A stretch of 64,000 nucleotides of DNA from Pseudobacteriovorax antillogorgiicola (GCA_945862295.1 CAMAXT010000001.1:23740-87739); one strand, 5' to 3'. Counted from the first letter of the stretch, positions 27,441 to 35,613 are shown. Translations and numbers: made by a program. The notes: generated by a model from the sequence alone, not told the origin.

Positions 27441-27827
27441 CCTTTCGGCGCGGTATTAGTTGTTGATGGTATTGTTGTTTTATCCGCAGAAAATAGCGTT
27501 GTCACTGACAATGACATTACTGCGCACGCAGAAACCAATCTTATTCGATTGGCGTTTAAAACCCTTGATCGGCAAATTATCGAACGGTCGACGCTCTACA
27601 TTAGCACAGAACCGTGCGCCATGTGTGCGGGTGCCATCTACTGGGCCAAAATTCGCCAGTTTGTTTTTGGATGCTCCGTCACCGAGATGGCTCGCCACAC
27701 ATCTGGCAGTTTAGTTATCCATTGTCGCGAGATTTTTGCAAAAGGGCGGGAACCCACAGAGGTAGTCGGTCCGTGGTTCGGTGAACGGTCAGCGTCCCTG
27801 CATGCAGAGTTCTGGCGTTCGTATTAA
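27345..27827 (+). CDS. CDA-fold nucleoside/guanine deaminase-like protein, 5' end unresolved (possibly truncated)
   Basis: PFGAVLVVDG..., zinc motifs HAE and PCAMCAGAIYWA. Homology only begins at about 27441, exactly where the opposite-strand VOC gene starts. The nearest upstream ATG (27345) lies antisense inside the VOC gene. Confidence 0.55.
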   Translation: MFESHTKYSGIKCNRLFHIGHVKIDILNACNHPFGAVLVVDGIVVLSAENSVVTDNDITAHAETNLIRLAFKTLDRQIIERSTLYISTEPCAMCAGAIYWAKIRQFVFGCSVTEMARHTSGSLVIHCREIFAKGREPTEVVGPWFGERSASLHAEFWRSY

Positions 27828-27981
27828 AAACCAAAAGGCCAACAAGCTAATGCTTACTGGTCTTCGAATATCTAACTAACCAAAAACTCGCACTAGTTGC
27901 GGCAGTTATTTATATGCACTGATTCTCTGAAGCCAGTGGTTCGTATCTATAGGTTGGATTTGGGTTACGGCAATTGTTTAG

Positions 27982-28455
27982 GTGAACGACTTCGGCAAAA
28001 CTAGAACCATAGGTGGCAACACAGCTGTTATCGGTTTCAGAATCAAATGGTTCAGCAACGTGAATGTTCAACAAGTTTCACCCATGTTTAGTGATGTTAG
28101 CGAACGATGTCAACAAAGGAGAGATCCCAACAAAATTCGTATTGTTTTGACTACAGAGTACGAAATCGAGACCCTGCAAAAAAGTATCACGGACTGCGAA
28201 CGGGGTGAGGCTAAAGGGTGTGGCCGTCTTCTGGATATCGGCGAATTCGTCGATCGGGACTCGGCATTCCCGGTAAGTGACTTCGGATGTTCTCGCGGCG
28301 ACCGTCTTTCCTGCAAGTATTTTTCTTCATATGGTTTCGCCGCGATGGGATTTGCGTGCAAAAATGGATACCACTGGGCATGTTTCTCGCTTGTAAAACG
28401 AAGAATAATGATCATGATTATTTGGCCAATATTTTTTCTGGTACCAAAACCATGA
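27982..28455 (+). CDS. hypothetical Cys-pair repeat protein with C-terminal hydrophobic segment
   Basis: Three C-x6-8-C pairs (CERGEAKGC, CSRGDRLSC, CKNGYHWAC) reminiscent of Sel1/Hcp-type repeats. Its stop overlaps the next ATG (ATGA at 28452..28455). The start codon is uncertain. Confidence 0.35.
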   Translation: MNDFGKTRTIGGNTAVIGFRIKWFSNVNVQQVSPMFSDVSERCQQRRDPNKIRIVLTTEYEIETLQKSITDCERGEAKGCGRLLDIGEFVDRDSAFPVSDFGCSRGDRLSCKYFSSYGFAAMGFACKNGYHWACFSLVKRRIMIMIIWPIFFLVPKP

Positions 28456-29375
28456 ATTCACCCAAAGGATGTCTTATCCATAACACAATCGCCGTCATCT
28501 TTACGATGGGTACTGCAATCTTCAACCACTCGCATATCGCCTTTGCGGAGGCCGATGATGAGCCTGAGCTCCCTGTTGATTCAGAGAGAACTCCAGGACA
28601 ACCAGAACCGGCTCCATCTAAGCCAGGAAAAAATGCAAAGACAAAGTCGCAAAAGCCTCAAAAACAGGCTAATAAGCTCACCTTCTTTACAGGTATCGGT
28701 CTGGGGATTCCAGAAGTGATTCCCATCGAGGCGTCGGTCAAGTTTGGTCGGCGTTTTGCGTTGCGTTTGTATGTCGCTCCGCCAGTTATCAACGTAAAGA
28801 TGCCGGTCTACGTTCCCGAATATTCGACAAGCCTCATATAAGCAAAAATTTACGCACCTAATCAGACCCTAACGGCAAATGTTAGTTATGGACCGCACTT
28901 TGGTATGGAAGCAATGCTATTCCCATGGTCGACAAATTTTTACGTAATGACAGGCCTTGGGGTTCGGCAGATCACGGGCAAATTGAATGACAACATCGAA
29001 TACTATACCTGCGGAGCAGCAGTAAAGAATTGCGAAGCAAGTGGTACAAGGTCTGAGTTGAACGTCAACGGCTCAGTGACCTCGACGTCTTCGCTTCTTC
29101 GCGCTTCAATTGGATGGTTGTGGGAGGTCGGCGCTAGAGGATACTTTAGTTTAACGGCCTTAGGTGTTGCGGTTCCTGTCGGCAACTCTTTATCACAAGA
29201 TTTAACGCTGACCTTTGTCGGGGGCGACTCCAACAGCAATTCAAACGCTGGACTCAATTCGTTTCTTGATCCCTACGAACCGGCGGTTGCGCAAGCATTG
29301 TATGATTCGTACGCGAAAGAGTACGACACATCGCCTGTGCCGATTACCGGAATTGCTGGTGGCTTCAGATTTTAG
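28452..29375 (+). pseudogene. outer-membrane beta-barrel protein gene interrupted by a single in-frame TAA (28839..28841)
   Basis: ORFs 28452..28841 and 28905..29375 are in the same frame. The 63 nt between them also read as protein (AKIYAPNQTLTANVSYGPHFG). Signal peptide at the N-terminus; C-terminus ...GIAGGFRF ends in Phe. Confidence 0.6.
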
Positions 29376-29681
29376 AAAGAAATGAGCATGAGTTCAAACA
29401 CCCTGAGAATTTGTCTCCGACATAACCGCGATCCACAAGGTCAAGCGCCAATACTTTTGGGAACCTACGAGTCCAGCGATATCGAGGTGATAGTCGACTG
29501 CACGGCCTTCGACGGGATGGAGCCTTTGAGACCTTGAATCCGCGCTGACGGCGGGCCGCTGTCTTTAGATTTTAGAAAAGAAGTGGCGGAGCTGCTGCGC
29601 TTTGGGTATTGGGCTCAGCGGTTTGCGGTCGATTCGAGTTGTTTTTTTTGGGGAAGTGGAAATTAGTAAGTGGAGTATTCG

Positions 29682-29700
29682 CTTTGCCTGGACGGCAAAG
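29682..29700 (-). terminator. hairpin 3' of tRNA-Ser(TGA)
   Basis: Minus strand CTTTGCC-GTCCA-GGCAAAG, 3 nt after the CCA; it is followed by CGAA and then TACTCCACTT. Confidence 0.5.
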
Positions 29701-29703
29701 GAA

Positions 29704-29791
29704 TGGCGGAGAGAGAGGGATTCGAACCCCCGGTGGGTTTCCCCACAACGGTTTTCAAGACCGCCGCCTTCAGCCGCTCGGCCATCTCTCC
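29704..29791 (-). tRNA. tRNA-Ser (anticodon TGA)
   Basis: Reverse complement GGAGAGATGGCCGAGCGGCTGAAGGCGGCGGTCTTGAAAACCGTTG...GGGTTCGAATCCCTCTCTCTCCGCCA. Anticodon loop CTTGAAA. 88 nt. Confidence 0.95.
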
Positions 29792-29963
29792 AAATAAACT
29801 AAGCCTTGCTGAGGGGATCGAATATACACTGCAAGTTGGTGGCAGCCAAGTACGCAATTAAAGTTTGTTCAAATATTCTCCCTCCCTTCAGATTCTATCT
29901 AACCATTGGACACAAAAGAAAAAGGGCAACAATAGTTGCCCTTAAAATCACCATCAGTCGCCT

Positions 29964-30863
29964 TTAGGTGAAAGTTTTGAGGCGTTGAATCCGTGTAGTC
30001 AGAGGAGGGTGCGTCATCAAAAGAGCCATCAGACCTCTTGGTTCACCGTTTGAAATCTTTAGCGACGCGAACGCTTTTGAAGACCGCTCATCCACTAGCT
30101 TAGAGTTGTTGTTGAGCGCCTCCAGTGCCGCGATCATCTTGTCACGACCACCGATCGTCGCGCTGCCGCTGTCGGCCCTAAACTCACGCCAACGAGAGAA
30201 GTAAGCAACAACCATGCTGCCGAGGATACCAAATAGGATATCGAAGACGATCGTAAGTATCATCTGAATGCCGTAGCTCGGGCCGCGGTCATCATCGCTG
30301 CGAAAGAAGTTTGAAACCGCATACGCGAGGATACGAGCGAAGAACATCACAAAGGCGTTCACGACACCTTGAATCAACGTCATGGTTACCATGTCACCGT
30401 TCGCAATGTGTGCTACTTCGTGACCGAGTACGCCTTCGACTTCGTTTCTGCGCATTTTTCCTAATAGACCAGTCGACACAGCGACTAGTGAATTTGATTT
30501 AGACGGACCGGTCGCAAACGCATTCACCTCAGGACTTTCGTAAATGCCGACTTCGGGCATCTTTGGTAGATGCGCTGCATGAGCCAGACGGTGCACCGTG
30601 GCAACTAACTCACGAAGTTCGGGATTATGTGTTTGTGGATCAATGATTTGAACTTTCATCATCCACTTCGCCATCTTCTTTGATATCAGAAGCGAAATGA
30701 AAGCACCGCCCATACCCCAAATCGCGCAGAACACCATCAGCGATTCGTAGTTGATGCCGTACGCAGTCATGTATGGCTTGATACCCAGAAGATTAATAAC
30801 AATCGAAATCGTCGCTAGAACAAGAATGTTCGTAATCATAAATAGGGCAATTCTTCTGAACAT
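29964..30863 (-). CDS. htpX: membrane zinc protease HtpX
   Basis: 299 aa with four hydrophobic segments. Zinc motif GHEVAHIANGD and C-terminal THPPLTTRI. Confidence 0.93.
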   Translation of the reverse strand: MFRRIALFMITNILVLATISIVINLLGIKPYMTAYGINYESLMVFCAIWGMGGAFISLLISKKMAKWMMKVQIIDPQTHNPELRELVATVHRLAHAAHLPKMPEVGIYESPEVNAFATGPSKSNSLVAVSTGLLGKMRRNEVEGVLGHEVAHIANGDMVTMTLIQGVVNAFVMFFARILAYAVSNFFRSDDDRGPSYGIQMILTIVFDILFGILGSMVVAYFSRWREFRADSGSATIGGRDKMIAALEALNNNSKLVDERSSKAFASLKISNGEPRGLMALLMTHPPLTTRIQRLKTFT

Positions 30864-30976
30864 TGATCAACTTTCTCCGTAGTAGTTATACCTAGGATAA
30901 TGCCTATCATCCCGTTAAGGGAATCTAAGACCGCATACTTCGGTGTCAAGCCAGGTGGGAATTTTAGGTTTAAATT

Positions 30977-31624
30977 TTAGTATGTTGTCTGGTTGCTGTC
31001 ACCCTGTTGGCTTTGCCCTTTGGCAACAGGACTAGACGGCGGCAGGACTGGAGGTGGTTGGTTTAGAAGAAGGGCCATGTTTTGAATAAGGCGTCCCACT
31101 TCGTTTGCAGGGTCATCTGCGGGCAGCCAGACAGCTCCGACGGTTCCCGCTGCTTGCGAGGCGTCCTTGAGTTTCTCGACGTTATTGTGAATCATGACGT
31201 CGACAACACTTGATTTGCCGATGCGGATTGAGACTCTGTTGCGAAACACTTCATTGTTCAAATAAAAACTGTCCCATTCGGTTGTGATGATCCCTGAGGT
31301 TCTATCCACGATAGTGACGTTGTAGTTACGCATGATGACATTGAGCGCAGCGTCCCAGACTTCTGGTTCTTTGAGCGCAAAACGAAATGTTTGTTTATCA
31401 AGAGCATAAATTGAAGCGCGCTGGGCTGCTGGTTGCTCAACTTCTTTTGTTTTTTTACGGCTCTTCTCTTTACCTGACGGCAAAGTCGGATCAGAAGAGC
31501 TAGTTAACGCGTCCGGATTTTTTGACGAGTCAGAGTCGTACTTTTTAAGGTGTTTTGGAAAGCATGCAACGAAAGATAACGATGCACACGCCACAGCCAC
31601 TTTGAGAATAATGTTTTTGTTCAT
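30977..31624 (-). CDS. hypothetical lipoprotein
   Basis: The ATG at 31624 gives MNKNIILKVAVACASLSFVAC (lipobox SFVAC). No family recognised. Confidence 0.55.
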   Translation of the reverse strand: MNKNIILKVAVACASLSFVACFPKHLKKYDSDSSKNPDALTSSSDPTLPSGKEKSRKKTKEVEQPAAQRASIYALDKQTFRFALKEPEVWDAALNVIMRNYNVTIVDRTSGIITTEWDSFYLNNEVFRNRVSIRIGKSSVVDVMIHNNVEKLKDASQAAGTVGAVWLPADDPANEVGRLIQNMALLLNQPPPVLPPSSPVAKGQSQQGDSNQTTY

Positions 31625-31666
31625 ATATCTAGTATAGGAAGGAACGGGAGACGAGGTCAACGGGGG

Positions 31667-31692
31667 AGAAAAAGCCGGCCCGAAAGCCGGCT
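31667..31692 (-). terminator. rho-independent terminator of mdh
   Basis: Minus strand AGCCGGC-TTTCGG-GCCGGCT followed by TTTTTCT, 8 nt after the mdh stop. Confidence 0.7.
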
Positions 31693-31699
31693 ATCACTA

Positions 31700-32692
31700 C
31701 TATTTTACAAGCATATTCTTAACTACTTCGCGTTCTTCCATAAGTTCTTTCGTGGTTGCCGCAATTTTGTCGCGCATGAAAGAGCTTAGTTTTACATCTT
31801 TTACGATCTCATAGCCCTTGCCGTCACCGAGTGAGCGTACTGGGAAAGAGAAGATAAGTCCTGGAGGGATGTCATAAGGGTTGCCGGTACTCGCAACAGC
31901 AGCTGAGAACCACTCGCCCTGTGGCGTCTTGCGCATGAACTGCTTAACGTGATCGATACACGCTGAAGCCGCAGATGCAGCAGATGACTTACCGCGCGCT
32001 TCGATAATCGCTGCACCGCGTTTTTGTACTGTCGTGAAGAATGTAGTCTCAAGCCAGTTCCGGTCTTTGATTACGTCTGTTACTGGCTTGCCGCCAATAG
32101 TAGCGTGTTCAAAATCAGGAACCATAGTCGAACTGTGGTTACCCCAGATGCCTAGGTTTGCGATTTGTCCGACGCCGACGCCGGCTTTTTTCGCAAGCTG
32201 AGCTTTTGCGCGATTTTCATCGAGCATTGTCATTGCCGTAAAGCGGGTAGGGGGAATGTCTTTGCAGTTATGTTGCGCGATAAGTGAATTCGTGTTGCAT
32301 GGGTTACCCACAACAACGATGTTTACGTCGCTTGCAGCTTTATTTAGGGACTTTCCTTGACCGACGAAGATGTGACCGTTGTCACGGATCAGGTCGTTAC
32401 GTTCCATGCCTGGGCCGCGTGGTTTTGAACCGACAAGTAGAGCCCAGTTTATACCGTTAAAGCCAGCATCTGTGTTGTCATAGATATCGATCTTGTCGAG
32501 CGTTTTGAATCCGCAGTCTTCGATCTCCATCGCTGTGCCTTCGCAGGATTTAACAGCAGCTGGAAGTTCGATCAAACTGAGTTGAACTGGGGTGTCTTCA
32601 CCGAATACTTCTCCGGATGCGATGCGGAAAAGTAAACTGTACCCAATTTGCCCCGCGGCGCCTGTGACTGCTACACGAACTGGTTTTTTCAT
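31700..32692 (-). CDS. mdh: malate dehydrogenase
   Basis: MKKPVRVAVTGAAGQIGYSLLFRIASG Rossmann start (ATG 32692, AGGAGGA SD), then VVGNPCNTN, MLDENRA and IWGNHSSTMVPD. Confidence 0.95.
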   Translation of the reverse strand: MKKPVRVAVTGAAGQIGYSLLFRIASGEVFGEDTPVQLSLIELPAAVKSCEGTAMEIEDCGFKTLDKIDIYDNTDAGFNGINWALLVGSKPRGPGMERNDLIRDNGHIFVGQGKSLNKAASDVNIVVVGNPCNTNSLIAQHNCKDIPPTRFTAMTMLDENRAKAQLAKKAGVGVGQIANLGIWGNHSSTMVPDFEHATIGGKPVTDVIKDRNWLETTFFTTVQKRGAAIIEARGKSSAASAASACIDHVKQFMRKTPQGEWFSAAVASTGNPYDIPPGLIFSFPVRSLGDGKGYEIVKDVKLSSFMRDKIAATTKELMEEREVVKNMLVK

Positions 32693-32768
32693 ATCTTGTC
32701 CTCCTTGCCTCATGGCAAAATAATTTCTACGGAAAAGCGCTTGGTTCTGACAGTCAGAATTTTATGTC

Positions 32769-33509
32769 TTAATCCGTGATTTTAGATTGAGTACTCGAAA
32801 ACACTAACTCTAGTTTCGGAGTTTTTCTGATCGCATCTTTTTTGTTATTGATGTTCCAGAAATCCTCACTTGGCGAATAATCTTTAACGTCGGACCAGTG
32901 TACCTGACGTCCCTCTTTCATAAAATAAAGTACTTTTACTTTCTTTGTTGTTTCGAGCTCTTCTTTACAGATCCGGCAGCTGATCACATCCATAACTTTG
33001 CTCTCTAGTTTAACCTTCACCTTGCTAAATCTATTAGCAATCATCGGTCTTGAGCAAAAATAACAGCCCGTGGCTTTCGGTAACTGATCTTCATTTCTTT
33101 TTATGCCGTAAAGCTCATCAACTTTGACATTGCGTCCACGCAAGCTGTCTTGAAACGCTTGCTGGGTGCGCCCGACACGGTGCCGGCAATCTCTTACCAA
33201 ATAAAATGCTGAATCAAGAACGCTCGGATCAGAACCAAAAGGCGGAATTTTTGTGATAGCGGCGAGGAGAGTTTCGAGAATGCGCAAAGTACTTTCGTAA
33301 TAATCGAGAAGACGCGGCTCTTGCACGACAGTCACAGACGTACCCAAGTGATTGACGCTACCAGTCAGCGTATCAAGCTGAGCAACAAGTTGTACGTAGC
33401 GAGCGCGGTAGTTGTTAGCCACACTAAATTGACGTTTTTGGTGCCAATAATAGAGAGCACCAAAAAGGCAAGCCAACAATCCGGCCGTTAGCAAGGGTAT
33501 CCACCACAT
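32769..33509 (-). CDS. hypothetical membrane-anchored protein with C-terminal CxxC...CxxC zinc-ribbon-like motif
   Basis: 246 aa. One N-terminal TM (WWIPLLTAGLLACLFGALYYW), a helical middle part, then CYFCSRP...SCRICKEE. Confidence 0.55.
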   Translation of the reverse strand: MWWIPLLTAGLLACLFGALYYWHQKRQFSVANNYRARYVQLVAQLDTLTGSVNHLGTSVTVVQEPRLLDYYESTLRILETLLAAITKIPPFGSDPSVLDSAFYLVRDCRHRVGRTQQAFQDSLRGRNVKVDELYGIKRNEDQLPKATGCYFCSRPMIANRFSKVKVKLESKVMDVISCRICKEELETTKKVKVLYFMKEGRQVHWSDVKDYSPSEDFWNINNKKDAIRKTPKLELVFSSTQSKITD

Positions 33510-33638
33510 GCGCCTAGAATCTCCCGGTAGTAACTGAAATCTTTCGGACTCTTATTCTAACAGGTCGGCCGCGCAATCGTCGATCTCGGAAGTTTCTTAG
33601 TAAATTTGGGGAATTAACAACTATTTTATAGGATAAAT

Positions 33639-33665
33639 TAAATTTTCTATAAAAACTGCCGATTT
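33639..33665 (+). promoter_or_regulatory. sigma-28 (FliA)-type promoter upstream of the 64-aa ORF
   Basis: TAAATTTT-N11-GCCGATTT against the consensus TAAAGTTT-N11-GCCGATAA, with canonical spacing. It is 52 nt upstream of the ATG at 33717. Confidence 0.5.
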
Positions 33666-33716
33666 AGATAGGCGGCTCAGAGGATTAGAGAAGATTAGGG
33701 GTCACTAGGGGGTTCC

Positions 33717-33911
33717 ATGAGTATCACATACGAAAATCAGCGGGTTATGTTTGATGTCCTAGTCAAACGCTACAAAGCGTATTGCGATCTCTATAAGTTG
33801 GTCAATAACGGCTCGCTTCAGGGTGTAACCGGCTTTGACGACTTCTACTGGCGCATGACCTACATCAGCAAATATCAAGATGTACGCAATTTCGGCAACG
33901 GTAGCGTCTGA
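33717..33911 (+). CDS. hypothetical small protein (64 aa)
   Basis: ATG with a GGGGG/AGGGG purine tract upstream. No family recognised. Supported mainly by the promoter-like element upstream. Confidence 0.4.
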   Translation: MSITYENQRVMFDVLVKRYKAYCDLYKLVNNGSLQGVTGFDDFYWRMTYISKYQDVRNFGNGSV

Positions 33912-33930
33912 TCGATACCCAGCGTCTTCC

Positions 33931-33959
33931 TTGACCACTGGAGCGCTCTTTCATATAAG
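33931..33959 (+). promoter_or_regulatory. sigma-70-type promoter candidate for the 335-aa gene
   Basis: TTGACC-N17-TATAAG, 49 nt upstream of the TTG start at 34008. Confidence 0.4.
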
Positions 33960-34007
33960 TTTCCCTAGCTCCGTGGCTCTCCTCGGGGAAAAACAGAAAG
34001 AGCAGAA

Positions 34008-35015
34008 TTGCAGAAACGCTTTCAGCCGACCTCGCTCGGCGACACCATAGTCAATACCGACGACGGCCTTCACATTGAGGGCTCGATCCTTTGGCTGGAT
34101 TCAGCGACGCACGGTGATCTGACATTTCTATCTTCGGCTTCTATGCCTTTTGTTCCGAAAGCTGCACAAGTCATCGCAACTGAAGATACAGTCCGCATCC
34201 TGGAATCTTTCAATAGAAAACCAAACACTTTAGTTTGCCAATACAACCGACCGTTCTCGATCGGGCGTTTGAAGATGGAGCTTCTGCCATCAGGATGTGT
34301 TTTAGGTGGAGCGTCGCTCTATCTGGAGACTGAAAATAATCGCATTCTCTATGCGCCGAAGTTGCAACCAAACCGCATCTCTACGATCAGGCAAATGCAG
34401 CTTAAGAAAGCGCACACGCTAATATTAGGTGTGGACTACGCGGACCCTGAGCAAGGCCTTCCTAATAGAAAAAAAGAGCGGGAGCGCCTTCTCGAAAAAG
34501 TGCAGATGCTTTCCAAGTATAAAGAATGGCCGGTGATAGTGTGTGATCCTCTGACTGTTGCGCAAGAGATCACCCATCTCTTGTCAAACGAGGGTATTCC
34601 GGTCGCAGTTCACGACACGATTTTTAAGATCCATAAAGTCTATGAACAGTCAGGCTCAAAGCTCGGCAAATATACAAAGTACGACCGTAAGCATACAAAA
34701 GAAAAAGTGACGATCTTTCCGATGTCACGTCAGCATTTTAAAACACCACGGGCCCAGCTGCCTGATGGTCCTCTTCTATATATTGAATCGGGCGCTGAAA
34801 CCTCGGTTCCACCAGGCGCCTTCAGAAACGTCATGGAACGCTTTCACTTAGCTCCAGTCTGTGACGGTGAGCAAATTAGAGAGATTGTTTTAGCTGTGAA
34901 TCCAAAGGAACTATTTATCGTTGGTCCTTATGCGAAGCGATATGCCCAGGAACTGAAGCCGGTCATGCCAAACGCGATCCCACTCTTTTCGAACAATCAG
35001 CCAACACTGATTTGA
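34008..35015 (+). CDS. metallo-beta-lactamase / beta-CASP-like protein with degenerate metal-binding motif
   Basis: 335 aa. LLPSGCVLGGASLYLETENNRILYAP and TLILGVDYADP...WPVIVCDPLTVAQEITHLL follow the beta-CASP layout. The HxHxDH position reads ATHGDL. Confidence 0.55.
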   Translation: MQKRFQPTSLGDTIVNTDDGLHIEGSILWLDSATHGDLTFLSSASMPFVPKAAQVIATEDTVRILESFNRKPNTLVCQYNRPFSIGRLKMELLPSGCVLGGASLYLETENNRILYAPKLQPNRISTIRQMQLKKAHTLILGVDYADPEQGLPNRKKERERLLEKVQMLSKYKEWPVIVCDPLTVAQEITHLLSNEGIPVAVHDTIFKIHKVYEQSGSKLGKYTKYDRKHTKEKVTIFPMSRQHFKTPRAQLPDGPLLYIESGAETSVPPGAFRNVMERFHLAPVCDGEQIREIVLAVNPKELFIVGPYAKRYAQELKPVMPNAIPLFSNNQPTLI

Positions 35016-35167
35016 CAGCTTTTAAAGACTGTCAATGTAGCTAACACCTTATTTTCATCACTGCTTAGCGAAAAGACTGAGGATTTTTCCCTACAGGCTT
35101 GGGCCTTCTTTTTGCAAAAGTTCCTAATACAGAAATTGAATACGAAATTAAAAATACGGAGTACCTG

Positions 35168-35266
35168 ATGCGCAGTTTCAACTTAGTTCCAGTTGCAATC
35201 CTAGCTTTATTTTTTTCTGCTTGCACGACTCAAACTACGAACGAAAGCGCAAAACAAGGAAGCTAG
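35168..35266 (+). CDS. small lipoprotein (32 aa), possibly frameshifted
   Basis: MRSFNLVPVAILALFFSACTTQTTNESAKQGS, lipobox FFSAC, ACGGAG SD. A protein-like continuation in another frame runs to 35325. Confidence 0.35.
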   Translation: MRSFNLVPVAILALFFSACTTQTTNESAKQGS

Positions 35267-35346
35267 ATATCGAAGTCGTTCCTGTGTTTAATGAAAAGAA
35301 CGAAGGCGTGCCAACTCAAGGCTAAGATCTTATAGATAAATTGATC

Positions 35347-35376
35347 GTACGCGGGACATCACCGCGTACTTTTTTT
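35347..35376 (+). terminator. rho-independent terminator
   Basis: GTACGCGG-GACATCA-CCGCGTAC followed by TTTTTTT. Confidence 0.7.
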
Positions 35377-35580
35377 GCCTGCTCCAACTCCTAAGAATAG
35401 TCAAAACCCTCTCTTCTCTGACATGCGTCTAAAACATTTACAGGCCGCAAAACTCCGGCTCTAAAAAATACCACATTATTTCAAGGTGTTGTGCGTAGGG
35501 CGCTCGCTGACGCTCGGGCCTTTGAATTGCACTAGAGGCTGCACGAGTGGTTCTCCACTCTACCTAACCTGAGTGTCCCC

Positions 35581-35613
35581 GTTGTTGCTGTTGTTGAATC
35601 TGTTGTTGTTGAA
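35581..35613 (+). repeat. GTT-rich direct repeat in the leader of the 117-aa ORF
   Basis: GTTGTTG CTGTTGTTGAA T CTGTTGTTGTTGAA, i.e. two copies of CTGTTGTTGAA (the second with one extra GTT), ending 15 nt before the ATG. Confidence 0.6.

Noticed and set aside
29382-29537. 51-aa ORF (MSMSSNTLRICLRHNRDPQGQAPILLGTYESSDIEVIVDCTAFDGMEPLRP) after the OMP pseudogene
   Set aside because: It starts 7 nt after the OMP stop with a weak SD (AGAAAGAAATG), and I recognise no family. It could be a gene fragment, but the evidence is insufficient.
29600-29650. tRNA-like fragment (GGGCTCAGCGGTTTGCGGTCGATTCGAG) near tRNA-Ser(TGA), considered as a possible att-site remnant
   Set aside because: It only loosely resembles D-loop and T-arm strings. 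It has no acceptor or anticodon stems and does not match the 3' half of either flanking tRNA-Ser.
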